Positions 29,255 to 40,560 are shown, numbered from the stretch's first letter. The stretch: 64,000 bases of DNA from Actinomycetes bacterium (GCA_024641635.1 JAHECS010000013.1:9482-73481); one strand, 5' to 3'. The notes: a model not told the origin generated them from the letters alone. A program made the numbers and translations.

Positions 29255-29338
29255 AGGAGATTCATGGCCCGTTCGCAAGCCGCAGGCTTGACACGGGCCC
29301 TTGTCGTGGGACAACGCGAGGAAGGCATCCCCCACTCG

Positions 29339-30736
<1,398 letters not shown>

Positions 30737-30822
30737 CGCGTGGCCGGCTGGCCTGCGTGCGGCTGCCGTCAGCCACGCGGCGGCACCATCCGCCTCCGTT
30801 CGCGTTGGTAGGGTCGCCAGCC

Positions 30823-31632
30823 ATGGCGGGAAACGCGATCGTTCGGGTGACGGAGGTGGGGGCCGAGCCGCAGCCTGCGTCGGTCGTCGCGGTGACGATG
30901 GCCAACGCCGAGCGCCGCAACTCACTCGGCCGGGAGATGCTCGATGGCCTGCTCGACGCGCTCGTCGCGGCCGAACGGTCGCGATGCCGGGCCTTCATCC
31001 TTCGCGCTGAGCCGGGAGTCTCGACGTGGTCGGCTGGCTTCGACATCGAGGACCTGCCCGTCGACGGGACCGATCCGCTCTCGTGGACGAACCCCCTGGA
31101 GGAGCTGCTCCACGAAGTTCGAGCTGCACCGTTCCCGATCATCGCCGCCGTCGAGGGCGGGGTGTGGGGCGGGGCGTGCGAGCTTGCCCTCACCTGCGAC
31201 CTGGTCGTGGCCGTCCGGACCAGTACGTTCGCGGTCACGCCCGCTCGGCTCGGGGTGCCGTACAACACCGCCGGCGTCGCCCACTTCCTCAGCGCCCTGC
31301 CGCTCAACGTCGTCCGCGAGATGTTCTTCACCGCGGACCCGATCGGTGCCGAGGCGGCGGCGCAGTACGGCGTGGTCAACCGGCTGGTCGGGGATGCGGA
31401 GGAGCTCGAGACGGTGGCCATCGAGATGGGCCGCCGGATCGCGTCCCGCGCACCGTTGGCGATCAGGGCCATCAAGGGGGAGGTGACGGCCCTGACCGAT
31501 GCACGGTCGCTGACCAGCGACGACTTCGAGCGGCTGACCGAGATGCGCAGGACGGCGTGGTCCAGTGAGGACTACCAGGAGGGCGTGCGGGCCTTCAAGG
31601 AGAAGCGCCCTCCGACGTTCGAGGGTCGCTGA
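30823..31632 (+). CDS. Enoyl-CoA hydratase/isomerase (crotonase) family protein
   Basis: Oxyanion-hole pattern ..FSAGFDI.. / ..AAVEGGVWGGACELALTCDL.. and C-terminal ..EGVRAFKEKRPP.. Confidence 0.8.
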   Translation: MAGNAIVRVTEVGAEPQPASVVAVTMANAERRNSLGREMLDGLLDALVAAERSRCRAFILRAEPGVSTWSAGFDIEDLPVDGTDPLSWTNPLEELLHEVRAAPFPIIAAVEGGVWGGACELALTCDLVVAVRTSTFAVTPARLGVPYNTAGVAHFLSALPLNVVREMFFTADPIGAEAAAQYGVVNRLVGDAEELETVAIEMGRRIASRAPLAIRAIKGEVTALTDARSLTSDDFERLTEMRRTAWSSEDYQEGVRAFKEKRPPTFEGR

Positions 31633-31635
31633 CCG

Positions 31636-31851
31636 CTACTCGACAGGTGCGGGCTGATCGACGAGCCGGTGGGTCTCATCGACGATCTCGACGGCCTGGG
31701 GGCGAAGGACCTCTTCGTGCCGGTTCCAGTGATGCCCGCAGAAGAGCAGGTCGGTGCCGCCGGGAAGGACGACGCGGACGTACGCCTGGGCGTTGCAGCG
31801 ATCGCAACGATCGGTTGCGCTCAGTGCCGGTGCGGTCAGTGTGGTGGCCAT
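31636..31851 (-). CDS. Small conserved actinobacterial Cys/His protein (DUF7455-like)
   Basis: 71 aa with CDRC..(20)..CGHH, a probable zinc site. Good GC3 bias. Divergent from parE. Confidence 0.55.
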   Translation of the reverse strand: MATTLTAPALSATDRCDRCNAQAYVRVVLPGGTDLLFCGHHWNRHEEVLRPQAVEIVDETHRLVDQPAPVE

Positions 31852-32112
31852 CTGCCCGGTACCTCCCGTGCCCTCGAATGACGCGGCCGCGATGGTCGTG
31901 TCCTCGTGCGATCGACTGACGGTTGCCTGTCGATGTGGTTAACAGTCTTACATGCCCTCGGTGTTCCCGTTGCGCCACGCCGGTCGGGTTCGCCCAGAGC
32001 GAAGGCACGACGTGTTCCAGATCACAAGCGCGCAAGCCCGTCCGGGATCTCGTCGCGGACACGCCGTGCCTCGCCGGGGGACATGTCGCCACCCGTGGGT
32101 AGGTTGAGCGCC

Positions 32113-34200
32113 ATGGCAGCTCGGAGCACGTCGAAGGCACCGACGGGTGGCTACTCCGCCAAGGATCTTGCCGTCCTGGAGGGCCTCGAGGCGGTGCGCA
32201 AGCGGCCCGGGATGTACATCGGCTCGAACGACGGCCGCGGGCTGATGCACTGCCTGTGGGAGATCGTCGACAACGGCGTCGACGAGGCTCTCGCCGGTCA
32301 CTGCCAGCGCATCATCGTCACGCTCCACGATGACGGTTCCGTCGAGGTCGAGGACGACGGCCGCGGTATCCCGGTGGACGTCGAGCCCAAGACCAAGCTC
32401 ACCGGCGTCGAGGTCGTCATGACCAAGCTGCACGCCGGTGGCAAGTTCGGCGGTGGCTCGTACACGGCCAGCGGCGGCCTCCACGGGGTGGGCGCGTCCG
32501 TCGTGAACGCCCTGTCCGCCCGGCTCGACGTCGAGGTCGATCGAGCGGCGAAGATCCACATGATGTCCTTCCGTCGTGGAGTCCCGGGGCTGTTCGACGG
32601 CGACGGTCCGGACGCCCCGTTCGTGCGCAAGAGCGGCCTGCAGATCGTCGGGAAGTGCTCCCGGACCAAGACCGGCACGCGCGTCCGGTGGTGGGCCGAC
32701 CGCCAGGTCTTCACCAAGGATGCCGAGTACGACCGCGACGCCCTGCGGGAGCGCGCGATGCAGAGCACCTTCCTCGTGCCGGGACTCGTGATGACGCTGC
32801 GCGATCATCGCGATCCCACCGATCTGTGGGAGGAGACCTTCCAGCACAAGGGCGGCATCGGCGAGTACGTCGAGTACCTGTCCCCGGGCGAAGGCGTCAC
32901 GTCGGTCATCCGGCTCAGTGGGCAGGGGCACTTCCACGAGACCGTGCCCGTCCTCGACGACAAGGGACACATGACTCCGCAGGAGGTGGAGCGTGATCTC
33001 GGCGTGGAGGTCGCCCTGCGGTGGGACACCGGGTACGACACGACGCTCCGGTCCTTCGTGAACGTCATCGCGACGCCGAAGGGCGGCACCCACGTATCCG
33101 GCTTCGAGCGATCCATCGTCAAGGTGGTCAACGACCAGCTGCGCGCGGCCAAGGTGCTCAGGGCGAGCGAGGACAACATCACCAAGGACGACGTGATGGA
33201 GGGGCTCACGGCCGTGGTGACCGTACGCCTGGCCGAGCCCCAGTTCGAGGGGCAGACGAAGGAGGTCCTGGGCACCCCGGCCGCCTCGCGGATCGTCGCG
33301 AACGTGGTGTCCAAGGAGCTCACGGCGTGGCTGAAGTCGCCGCCGCGGGGCGACAAGCAGTCCGCGAAGGCGCTGCTCGACAAGACGGCGAACGCCATGC
33401 GGGCGCGGGTGGCGGCGCGTGCGCACCGGGACACCCAGCGACGCAAGACGGCGCTCGAGTCGTCGGCCCTTCCCGCCAAGCTCGTGGACTGCCGCAGTGG
33501 CGACGTGGAGCGGACCGAGCTGTTCATCGTGGAGGGGGACAGTGCCCTCGGCACCGCGAAGACGGCTCGCAGTGCCGACTACCAGGCCCTCCTGCCCATC
33601 CGCGGCAAGATCCTGAACGTCCAGAAATCCTCCCTCGCCGACATGCTCAAGAACGCCGAGTGCGCGTCGATCATCCAGGTGATCGGCGCCGGGTCGGGGC
33701 GCACCTTCGACATCGCGCAGGCTCGCTACGGCAAGGTGATCCTGATGTCCGACGCCGACGTCGACGGCGCCCACATCCGGTGCCTGCTGCTGACCCTCAT
33801 CCATCGGTATCTTCGCCCCCTTCTCGACGAAGGGCGCGTCTTCGCCGCCGTGCCTCCGCTGCACCGGGTCGAGATCGTCAACCCCGGCGCGAAGGCCAAC
33901 GACGTCGTCTACACGTACTCCGACGCCGAGATGCATGCCGTGGTCAAGGACGCGGAGAAGCGCGGTCGCCGAGTGAAGGATCCGGTGCAGCGGTACAAGG
34001 GGCTGGGCGAGATGGACGCGGCTCAGCTGCGGGAGACGACGATGGACCCCGCGCACCGCACTCTGCGCCGGATGACCATGACGGACGCCGAGGATGCCGC
34101 GTGCGTGTTCGATCTCCTCATGGGCAGCGAGGTCGCTCCGCGCAAGGACTTCATCGTCGAGGGTGCTGCCTCGCTCGACCGGGACCGCATCGACGCCTGA
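32113..34200 (+). CDS. parE: Type IIA topoisomerase subunit B (topoisomerase IV ParE / GyrB2 type)
   Basis: GHKL ATPase motifs (EIVDNGVDEA, GLHGVGASVVNALS). Toprim FIVEGDSALGTAK and PLRGKILNV-type IRGKILNV. Confidence 0.85.
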   Translation: MAARSTSKAPTGGYSAKDLAVLEGLEAVRKRPGMYIGSNDGRGLMHCLWEIVDNGVDEALAGHCQRIIVTLHDDGSVEVEDDGRGIPVDVEPKTKLTGVEVVMTKLHAGGKFGGGSYTASGGLHGVGASVVNALSARLDVEVDRAAKIHMMSFRRGVPGLFDGDGPDAPFVRKSGLQIVGKCSRTKTGTRVRWWADRQVFTKDAEYDRDALRERAMQSTFLVPGLVMTLRDHRDPTDLWEETFQHKGGIGEYVEYLSPGEGVTSVIRLSGQGHFHETVPVLDDKGHMTPQEVERDLGVEVALRWDTGYDTTLRSFVNVIATPKGGTHVSGFERSIVKVVNDQLRAAKVLRASEDNITKDDVMEGLTAVVTVRLAEPQFEGQTKEVLGTPAASRIVANVVSKELTAWLKSPPRGDKQSAKALLDKTANAMRARVAARAHRDTQRRKTALESSALPAKLVDCRSGDVERTELFIVEGDSALGTAKTARSADYQALLPIRGKILNVQKSSLADMLKNAECASIIQVIGAGSGRTFDIAQARYGKVILMSDADVDGAHIRCLLLTLIHRYLRPLLDEGRVFAAVPPLHRVEIVNPGAKANDVVYTYSDAEMHAVVKDAEKRGRRVKDPVQRYKGLGEMDAAQLRETTMDPAHRTLRRMTMTDAEDAACVFDLLMGSEVAPRKDFIVEGAASLDRDRIDA

Positions 34201-34235
34201 GTGGCGCGCATGCGGATGCTGGCTACGCTTCCTTC

Positions 34236-34772
34236 ATGTCACTCTCCCGCACGGCAGTACGCGAGCCGTTCCCGGCCGGCAACTTCTCCGACGTGCTCGC
34301 TGCCAACGAGCGCTACGCCGACCAGTACGCCAGCTCGGACCTGACCGGATGGGCGGCCAAGGGGTTGGCCGTCATCACCTGCATGGACTCGCGAATCGAT
34401 CCGCTCAACGTGCTGGGGATGAAGCCGGGTGACGTCAAGATCCTCCGGAACGCGGGCGCGCGTGTCACCGAGGACGTCCTGCGCACCCTCGTGCTGGCGA
34501 CCTACCTGCTCGGCGTCGAGCGTGTGCTGGTGATGCCGCACACGGAGTGCAAGATGGCCAGCGGAGAAGAGGATGAGGTGCACCAGCTCATCCTCGAGAA
34601 GTCCGGGGTAGACACCCGCAGCATCGAGATCCGAACCGTCACCGACCAGATCGACGCGCTCGTCACCGACGTCGTTCGTGTTCGCTCGTACCCGTTGCTA
34701 CCCCCGAGCCTCGTTGTCGGGGGAGCCATCCTCGACGTCAAGACCGGCCGCATCCAGCCGATGGACGTCTGA
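34236..34772 (+). CDS. Beta-class carbonic anhydrase
   Basis: Zinc ligands in ITCMDSRIDP and VMPHTECKM. Confidence 0.85.
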   Translation: MSLSRTAVREPFPAGNFSDVLAANERYADQYASSDLTGWAAKGLAVITCMDSRIDPLNVLGMKPGDVKILRNAGARVTEDVLRTLVLATYLLGVERVLVMPHTECKMASGEEDEVHQLILEKSGVDTRSIEIRTVTDQIDALVTDVVRVRSYPLLPPSLVVGGAILDVKTGRIQPMDV

Positions 34773-34776
34773 GGAG

Positions 34777-35163
34777 TCACGCCGAGGGGGCGTTGACGTC
34801 CTCGCCTCGGGCGTGCGCGAGAAGGACCTCGCGCAGCGAGCGGACCGTGGGAGCCGCAGGCACCTCGACCTCGATCCATCCGTCGGCGGTCAGGCGCGTT
34901 CCGTAGACCCGGACGCGCACCTCGGGGTTCCCCTGTCGCTGCCCGTCGTGCAGGCTGAACCGCCACAGGTGGGCCGGGCAGGTCACGCAGCCCTCCTTCA
35001 CGATCCCGCCGCTCAGCGAGGTCCCGTTGTGCGGGCATACGTCCGAGATCGCATGCGGCTCGCCGTCGATCTTTGTGAGCAGGATGGGCTGTCCGTCGAG
35101 CACGACCCGGTGCGGCTGCGCCTCGAGCAGGTCGTCGAGGTGCAGGACGCGGAAGACCTCCAT
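34777..35163 (-). CDS. Rieske [2Fe-2S] ferredoxin-type protein
   Basis: CPHNGTSL..(x)..CVTCPAHLWRF, a CxH...CxxH Rieske motif. 128 aa. Last gene of the lower-pathway operon. Confidence 0.75.
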   Translation of the reverse strand: MEVFRVLHLDDLLEAQPHRVVLDGQPILLTKIDGEPHAISDVCPHNGTSLSGGIVKEGCVTCPAHLWRFSLHDGQRQGNPEVRVRVYGTRLTADGWIEVEVPAAPTVRSLREVLLAHARGEDVNAPSA

Positions 35164-35169
35164 GCCCGC

Positions 35170-35367
35170 TCAGCCGTTGGGGCGCAGCACGGATACGGGC
35201 ACCCCACCGATGCCCCAGTCGTCCGTGCTCACCTCGTACAGCGCGACCCGGATGCGCTGGGGGTCGCCGCCGAGCGCCTCGGCGGTGGCGTCGGTCAGCC
35301 TCTTGATGAGGTCGTGCTTCTGCTCGGTCGTGCGGCCTTCCATCATCGTCACCTGGATGAACGGCAT
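35170..35367 (-). CDS. 4-oxalocrotonate tautomerase
   Basis: 65 aa with Pro-1 (MPFIQV), Arg-11 and Arg-39 in the canonical 4-OT positions. Confidence 0.8.
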   Translation of the reverse strand: MPFIQVTMMEGRTTEQKHDLIKRLTDATAEALGGDPQRIRVALYEVSTDDWGIGGVPVSVLRPNG

Positions 35368-35382
35368 CGTGGTCCCTTCGTG

Positions 35383-36162
35383 TCAGCGGCAGGCCAGCTC
35401 GACGGTGCCGAGCCGGTCGAATCGGGCGACGACGGCGTCGCCGGGGGAGACGGCGATCGCCTCGGTGAGCGCGCCGGCCATGACGACCTGGCCCGCCTTG
35501 AGCCCCTGGCCCCGCTCAGCCATCCGACGCACCATCCAGGCCACGCTCGCGGCCGGGTGGCCCAGCACGGCAGCCCCCGTCGCCGTACCGAGCAGGACCC
35601 CGTTCTTCTCGAACGAGCATCCGACCAGGCGCAGGTCGAACCCGCGCGGGTCCGTGCCCTGCCCGCCGAACACGAAACCGGCGCAGGAGGAGTTGTCGGC
35701 GATGACGTCGCTGCCGGTGAACTTGTAGCCGGCGAAACGGGAGTCCAGCACGTCGATGGCCGGGAACACCATGGCGGTGGCAGCGAGGACGTGCGCGGCC
35801 AGGACATGCGGTCCGGCGAGGTCCTCGGCGAGCAGGAAGGCGATCTCCGGCTCGCAGCGAGGCTGGATGTAGTCGGAGCAGGTGAGGGTCTGGCCGGTGT
35901 CGAGCTGCATGTCGTCTGTGAGCCAGCCGTACAGGGGCTCCGACACGTTCATCTGCTTCTGCTTGGCGACGCTCGTCAGGCCGAGCTTGGCCCCGACGAT
36001 GACCGCGCCCGCCTCCACGCGTGCCCGGACAACCGCATCCTGGACCTCGTACGCCGTCGCCGGGTCGAGGTCGGGGTAGTCGTTGGTCAGCGGGTGCGTC
36101 GCGGTGCGGGTGCGGGCGGCCTCGATGAGGGTCGCGGCGATCTGGTCCTTGGGCAGGCTCAC
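35383..36162 (-). CDS. 4-oxalocrotonate decarboxylase-like (MhpD/XylI/XylJ hydratase-decarboxylase family)
   Basis: Family pattern ..VGAKLGLTS..EPEIAF... Called the decarboxylase from its dmpH-equivalent position in a dmpEFGHI-like order. Confidence 0.65.
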   Translation of the reverse strand: MSLPKDQIAATLIEAARTRTATHPLTNDYPDLDPATAYEVQDAVVRARVEAGAVIVGAKLGLTSVAKQKQMNVSEPLYGWLTDDMQLDTGQTLTCSDYIQPRCEPEIAFLLAEDLAGPHVLAAHVLAATAMVFPAIDVLDSRFAGYKFTGSDVIADNSSCAGFVFGGQGTDPRGFDLRLVGCSFEKNGVLLGTATGAAVLGHPAASVAWMVRRMAERGQGLKAGQVVMAGALTEAIAVSPGDAVVARFDRLGTVELACR

Positions 36163-37208
36163 TCTCCCGCCTCCTTCCCTGCGGATTCCTGCGCGGCGTG
36201 CTTGGCGGCGAGCTCGAGTGCGACGTCGATGATCATGTCCTCCTGACCGCCGACGACCTGGCGGCGGCCGAGCTCGAGGAGGATCTCGGACTGGGGCACG
36301 TTGTAGCGCTCGGCCGCGCGCTGGGAGTGCAGGAGGAAGGAGCCATAGACGCCGGCGTAGCCGAGGATGAGGCCGGCACGGTCGATGACCTGCTGGCGCG
36401 GCATGAGTGGGCGGACGACGTCCTCGGCCAGGTCCATCAGGGCTAGGGGGTCGACGCCGGTCTCGATGCCGTACTTGGTGGACACGGCGGCGAGGATCTC
36501 GGTCGGGCAGTTGCCCGCGCCCGCACCGAGGCCGGCGCTCGTGCCGTCGAGATTCTTCGCGCCCTCCTCGTATGCGGCGATCGAGTTGGCCACGGCCATG
36601 GACAGGTTGTTGTGGGCGTGCACACCGACCGGAACCTCCAACGCGGTCGTCAGGGCGTTGACGCGACGGCGCACGTCGTCGGTCGTCATGGCGCCGGCCG
36701 AGTCCGCGATGTAGATGGTGTCGGCTCCGTAGGACTGCATGAGCAGGGCCTGCTCGACGAGGCCCTCCGGGGAGTTCATGTGGGCCATCATGAGGAACCC
36801 GATGGCCTCCATGCCCAGGTCCTTGGCGACCTTGATGTGCTGCTCGGTGATGTCGGCCTCGGTGCAGTGAACGGCGATCCGGGCCACCGAGACACCGAGC
36901 TCGTTGACCTCCCGCAGATCGTCGGCCAGGCCGATGCCGGGCAGGAGGAGGCAGGCGATCTTCGCGTTCGTCGTCACGTCGCAGGCGCGGGCGATGAGCT
37001 CCTTCTCCGGGACCGCGGAGAACCCGTAGTTGAAGGAGGATCCGCCGAGACCGTCGCCGTGCGCGATCTCGATCACCTGCACGCCGGCGGCGTCGAGGCC
37101 CTTGACGATGCGCACGACGTCGTCGGCGTAGTACTGGTGACTGATGGCGTGCGACCCATCCCGCAGGGTCGAGTCGATCAGCCGGTAGTCGGTGGTCGCC
37201 GTTGTCAT
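36159..37208 (-). CDS. 4-hydroxy-2-oxovalerate aldolase
   Basis: [10 protein letters not shown].. and ..[16 protein letters not shown].. (DmpG/BphI family). 4-nt overlaps on both sides. Confidence 0.9.
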   Translation of the reverse strand: MTTATTDYRLIDSTLRDGSHAISHQYYADDVVRIVKGLDAAGVQVIEIAHGDGLGGSSFNYGFSAVPEKELIARACDVTTNAKIACLLLPGIGLADDLREVNELGVSVARIAVHCTEADITEQHIKVAKDLGMEAIGFLMMAHMNSPEGLVEQALLMQSYGADTIYIADSAGAMTTDDVRRRVNALTTALEVPVGVHAHNNLSMAVANSIAAYEEGAKNLDGTSAGLGAGAGNCPTEILAAVSTKYGIETGVDPLALMDLAEDVVRPLMPRQQVIDRAGLILGYAGVYGSFLLHSQRAAERYNVPQSEILLELGRRQVVGGQEDMIIDVALELAAKHAAQESAGKEAGE

Positions 37209-38146
37209 GCGTTCGCTCCCGTCGTGGTGCCGGCCTTGTGATGTGCGATCGCCTCGCCGACGCGCTGAGCGGCTGCGGTCATGATGTCCAGGTTCCCCGC
37301 ATAGGGGGGCAGGTAGTCGCCGGCTCCTTCCACCTGCAGCAGGACGACCGCGCGGTGGGGGACGACGCCACCGGGGGTGGAGAACGGGCCCTCCTCGATC
37401 ACCGGCGGGTTCTTGAGCCGGTAGCCGGGCACGTACTTCTGCACGTCCGCCTCCATGGCGAGGACGCTCTCGAGCACGGCGTCATGGTCGGTGCCCTCGG
37501 GCAGGGCCGCGAACACCGTGTTGCGCATCATGATCGGCGGTTCGGCCGGATTGAGGATGATGATCGCCTTGCTCGTGGTCGCGCCGCCGATCTCTCGAAG
37601 CGCCGTCGACGTGGTCTTGGTGAACTCGTCGATGTTCTGTCGCGTCCCGGGGCCCGCGCTCTTGCTCGCCACGGTCGACACCATCTCCGCGTACGGCAGG
37701 TCCGCGAGCGCCCGGCGCACCGCGTACACCATCGGCGTCGTCGCCTGCCCGCCGCATGTGACCATGTTGATGTTTGGCGCGTCGAGGTGCTCCGTCAGGT
37801 TCACCGCCGCGATCACCTTCGGCCCCCGGGCCGCAGGAGTCAGGTCGACGGCCGTGATGCCCGCCTCCTGGTACTGCTTGTAGTGGCGCACGTGCACGTA
37901 CGCACTGGTCGCGTCGAACACCATGTCGATGTCGTCGGCGTGCTCGAGGATCCAGTCCGGACCTTCATGGGGTCCGTCGATGCCCAGGCGCTTCGCGCGG
38001 GCGAGCCCGTCCGAGGCCGGGTCGATCCCGACGAGCGCCACGAGCTCGAGCGGTGTGGGGGCGCTCCCAGAGGCGTCCGTGCCCTTCAGGAGCTTCATCA
38101 TCAGGTCCGTGCCGATGTTGCCCGAACCCAGGATCGCGCACCGCAT
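37205..38146 (-). CDS. Acetaldehyde dehydrogenase (acylating)
   Basis: [14 protein letters not shown].. and ..[10 protein letters not shown].. (catalytic Cys), DmpF family. The start was trimmed to MRCAILG. Confidence 0.9.
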   Translation of the reverse strand: MRCAILGSGNIGTDLMMKLLKGTDASGSAPTPLELVALVGIDPASDGLARAKRLGIDGPHEGPDWILEHADDIDMVFDATSAYVHVRHYKQYQEAGITAVDLTPAARGPKVIAAVNLTEHLDAPNINMVTCGGQATTPMVYAVRRALADLPYAEMVSTVASKSAGPGTRQNIDEFTKTTSTALREIGGATTSKAIIILNPAEPPIMMRNTVFAALPEGTDHDAVLESVLAMEADVQKYVPGYRLKNPPVIEEGPFSTPGGVVPHRAVVLLQVEGAGDYLPPYAGNLDIMTAAAQRVGEAIAHHKAGTTTGANA

Positions 38147-38148
38147 GA

Positions 38149-38949
38149 CTAGCCCCTCGCCATCTTGATCGTGATCGGCCCCAGCCGATCGAAGTCGGCC
38201 CGGAAGACGTCTCCCGGCTCCACCGGAACCATGGCGTGCAGAGCCCCGGTCATGATCACGCTTCCGGCCGGCAGGATCACGCCCATGGGCGCCAGGGTGT
38301 TCGCCAGCCACGCCACGGCGGCGAGCGGATCACCGAGCGCGGCCGCGCCGGCGCCCGTCGCGACGACCTCGCCGTTCCTCGTGAACACCATGCCGAGCAG
38401 CCGCGGGTCGAAGCCGTCGATCGGGATCACGGTGCTCGACAGGGCGATGGCCCCGTTGCTGGCCAGGTCCGCGACCGTGTCGGCCAGCTTGATCTTCCAG
38501 TCCTTGATGCGCGAGTCGACGATCTCCAGCGCCGCGACCAGGCCGCCTGTCGCGGCCCGTGCCTGGGCAGGGGTGCAGTCGGGTCCGGTCAGGTCGCGAT
38601 CGAGAATGACCGCGATCTCTGCCTCCATCCGCGGTGCGATGAACCGATCCACCGGCAGCTCGGCACCGTCCCGGTACACCGTGGAGGCGAACACGGGCCC
38701 GAAGTCGGGGGAGTCCACGCCGAGCAGCTGCTGCATCGGCAGAGAGGTCAGACCGAGCTTGTAGCCGACGATGCTCTCGCCATCGGCCACCAACCGCGAC
38801 ACCAGACGCTGCTGGATCGCATACCCGTCAGCCATCCCGAGGTCCGGCAGGGCGTCGGTGAAGGCAGCGATGGGAACCCTCGACCGGCGCGCCTCGTACA
38901 GCTGCGCCGCGAAGCCCTCGGCCTGATCGTCGGTCACGTTGGCGGTCAT
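38149..38949 (-). CDS. 2-oxopent-4-enoate (2-keto-4-pentenoate) hydratase-like
   Basis: Same family as 35383-36162 (..[15 protein letters not shown]..), in the dmpE-equivalent position. Confidence 0.7.
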   Translation of the reverse strand: MTANVTDDQAEGFAAQLYEARRSRVPIAAFTDALPDLGMADGYAIQQRLVSRLVADGESIVGYKLGLTSLPMQQLLGVDSPDFGPVFASTVYRDGAELPVDRFIAPRMEAEIAVILDRDLTGPDCTPAQARAATGGLVAALEIVDSRIKDWKIKLADTVADLASNGAIALSSTVIPIDGFDPRLLGMVFTRNGEVVATGAGAAALGDPLAAVAWLANTLAPMGVILPAGSVIMTGALHAMVPVEPGDVFRADFDRLGPITIKMARG

Positions 38950-39794
38950 GCACCGTCCCTTCTCGTGGTGGAGTCCCGATACCCGAGTCGCCTGCTGATC
39001 GCCAAGCCGGCCTCCACGGTGGGGCGGGCGAAGCGCTTGAGGGAGTCGCCGGTCAGGCGCTGGATGGGGCCGGCGACGGATACGGCAGCCACCACCTCGC
39101 CGAGGCCGTTCCGGATGGGAGCGGCGATCGACGCAACGCCCAACTCGGCCTCGTTCACGTTCTCCGACCATCCCCGATGGCGCACGCCCTCCAGCTCCTG
39201 CCGCAGGCGGTCGATGTCGGTGATGGTGTGCGGCGTATGGGGCGAGAGCTCCCAGTCCGTCAGCAGCGGGTTGAGGCGGTAGGGAGGCAGGAAGGCGAGC
39301 AGGAGCTTGCCCGTGCTGGTGCAGTGGGCGTCGTTCCGGTGGCCCACCCGGCCGAACAGGCGCAGCGTCTGGGGGCTCTCCCGGCGCTCGACGTAGACGA
39401 CCTCTCGTCCGTCGAGGACGGCGACCTGCACCGTCTCGCGCGTCGCGTTGCGAAGCTGGTCGAGAACGGGGGAGCAGGCCTCGTGCAGATCGGTATGCAG
39501 GGAGACCGATGCGCCGAGCTCGTACATCGCCAGTCCCAGACGGTAGGCGCCCGTGTCCGGGTCCTGCTCGAGGAGCTTCTCCTCCGCAAGGGTGTTGAGC
39601 AGTCGGTGGGCCGTGCTCTTCCCGATCCCCAGCCGACGGCTGAGCTCCGTGACGCCGATCTCGCGGCTGCCTCGGGAGAACTCCTTCAGCAGGCGGGCGG
39701 CGTTGCGCACGCTGGACAGGGTCGAGTGGTGACGTCGGGCGACCGGCGCCTCGGGATCGAGATCCGCATCCTCGGATGCCAGCTCATCTGTCAC
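38946..39794 (-). CDS. IclR-family transcriptional regulator
   Basis: HTH ..GVTELSRRLGIGKSTAHRLLNTL.. and an IclR effector domain (..HCTSTGKLLLA..). 4-nt overlaps with both neighbours. Confidence 0.85.
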   Translation of the reverse strand: MTDELASEDADLDPEAPVARRHHSTLSSVRNAARLLKEFSRGSREIGVTELSRRLGIGKSTAHRLLNTLAEEKLLEQDPDTGAYRLGLAMYELGASVSLHTDLHEACSPVLDQLRNATRETVQVAVLDGREVVYVERRESPQTLRLFGRVGHRNDAHCTSTGKLLLAFLPPYRLNPLLTDWELSPHTPHTITDIDRLRQELEGVRHRGWSENVNEAELGVASIAAPIRNGLGEVVAAVSVAGPIQRLTGDSLKRFARPTVEAGLAISRRLGYRDSTTRRDGA

Positions 39795-40501
39795 GGCCGT
39801 CCCTCCCGGAGAGTGGCCAGCAGGGTCCGTCGAACCTCCACGGGATCCGGATCCTCGAGACCGATGGCTTCGAGGGCGTCGCTGCCTCCTGCGATCTGCC
39901 GCGCGATCAGCAGGGCCGCCCGCGGCAGGGACGCCACGTCAGCACCGCGCAGCTCCGCGACGAGGTCGGCTGATCGGGGCGCGAGCTCCGCGATGGTGTC
40001 GAAGTCGCGCATGGCCGCCGCATGCGAGTGCGCCAGCCCGGTACCGGCGTGCATCGCGTGGTGCGGCGACAGGCCACCCCCGGGGGGCACGGACAGGTGG
40101 TAGACGACGGTGCGGATCCCCAGGACGTCTCGGACCCGAGCGGGCTGGGGTTCGTCGGACTCCTCGACGAGTCCCAGTGCGGGCAGGACGACGGGGTCGA
40201 AGAAGCGCAGACGCCACGACAGCCCGTCCAGCGCGTCGGCAAGCTCGACCTCCTGTCCAGCCGGGGGAGGCAGCGCCTCGCGGGTGGCAAGAACGTGCAG
40301 GCTGCGGGCGCCGACGGCCACCACCGTGAGGTCGTCGGCCTGCACGAGGGGGAGGCGGGATCGGTCGGCCGGGGGCAGCAGGGCGGCCGCGTCGAGGTAG
40401 GCCTGGTGGACGGCCCGCACGTAGTCGGCCATGGCGCGACGCATGGCATCCGGCGCTGCCGGAGCTGCGGCCGAGGGCGACGTCGACGGGTCGGGGCTCA
40501 T
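39791..40501 (-). CDS. Hypothetical protein, first gene of the regulator/lower-pathway operon
   Basis: GC3-biased ORF whose stop overlaps the iclR start (4 nt). I recognised no motif. The start was set to MSPDPS (40501) because the longer ORF would cover the operator-like palindrome. Confidence 0.45.
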   Translation of the reverse strand: MSPDPSTSPSAAAPAAPDAMRRAMADYVRAVHQAYLDAAALLPPADRSRLPLVQADDLTVVAVGARSLHVLATREALPPPAGQEVELADALDGLSWRLRFFDPVVLPALGLVEESDEPQPARVRDVLGIRTVVYHLSVPPGGGLSPHHAMHAGTGLAHSHAAAMRDFDTIAELAPRSADLVAELRGADVASLPRAALLIARQIAGGSDALEAIGLEDPDPVEVRRTLLATLREGRP

Positions 40502-40523
40502 CGATCGGGAGGCTAGCAGGGTC

Positions 40524-40560
40524 GTCCCGCATGATGGGACACCGTACTTCCATGCGGGAC
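40524..40560. promoter_or_regulatory. Candidate operator in the divergent catabolic promoter region
   Basis: Perfect 10-bp inverted repeat GTCCCGCATG (40524-40533) / CATGCGGGAC (40551-40560). A third half-site GGGAC lies at 40536-40540. Confidence 0.4.

Noticed and set aside
29264-29338. Upstream ATG (29264) with strong AAGGAG SD as the sigA start.
   Set aside because: About a third of the 25 extra codons (CAA, GCA, TTG, ACA, CTT, GGA, GAA) end in A/T, which is atypical for coding sequence here. The MANKAAA.. N-terminus looks more sigma-like. This is not excluded and is listed as an alternative.
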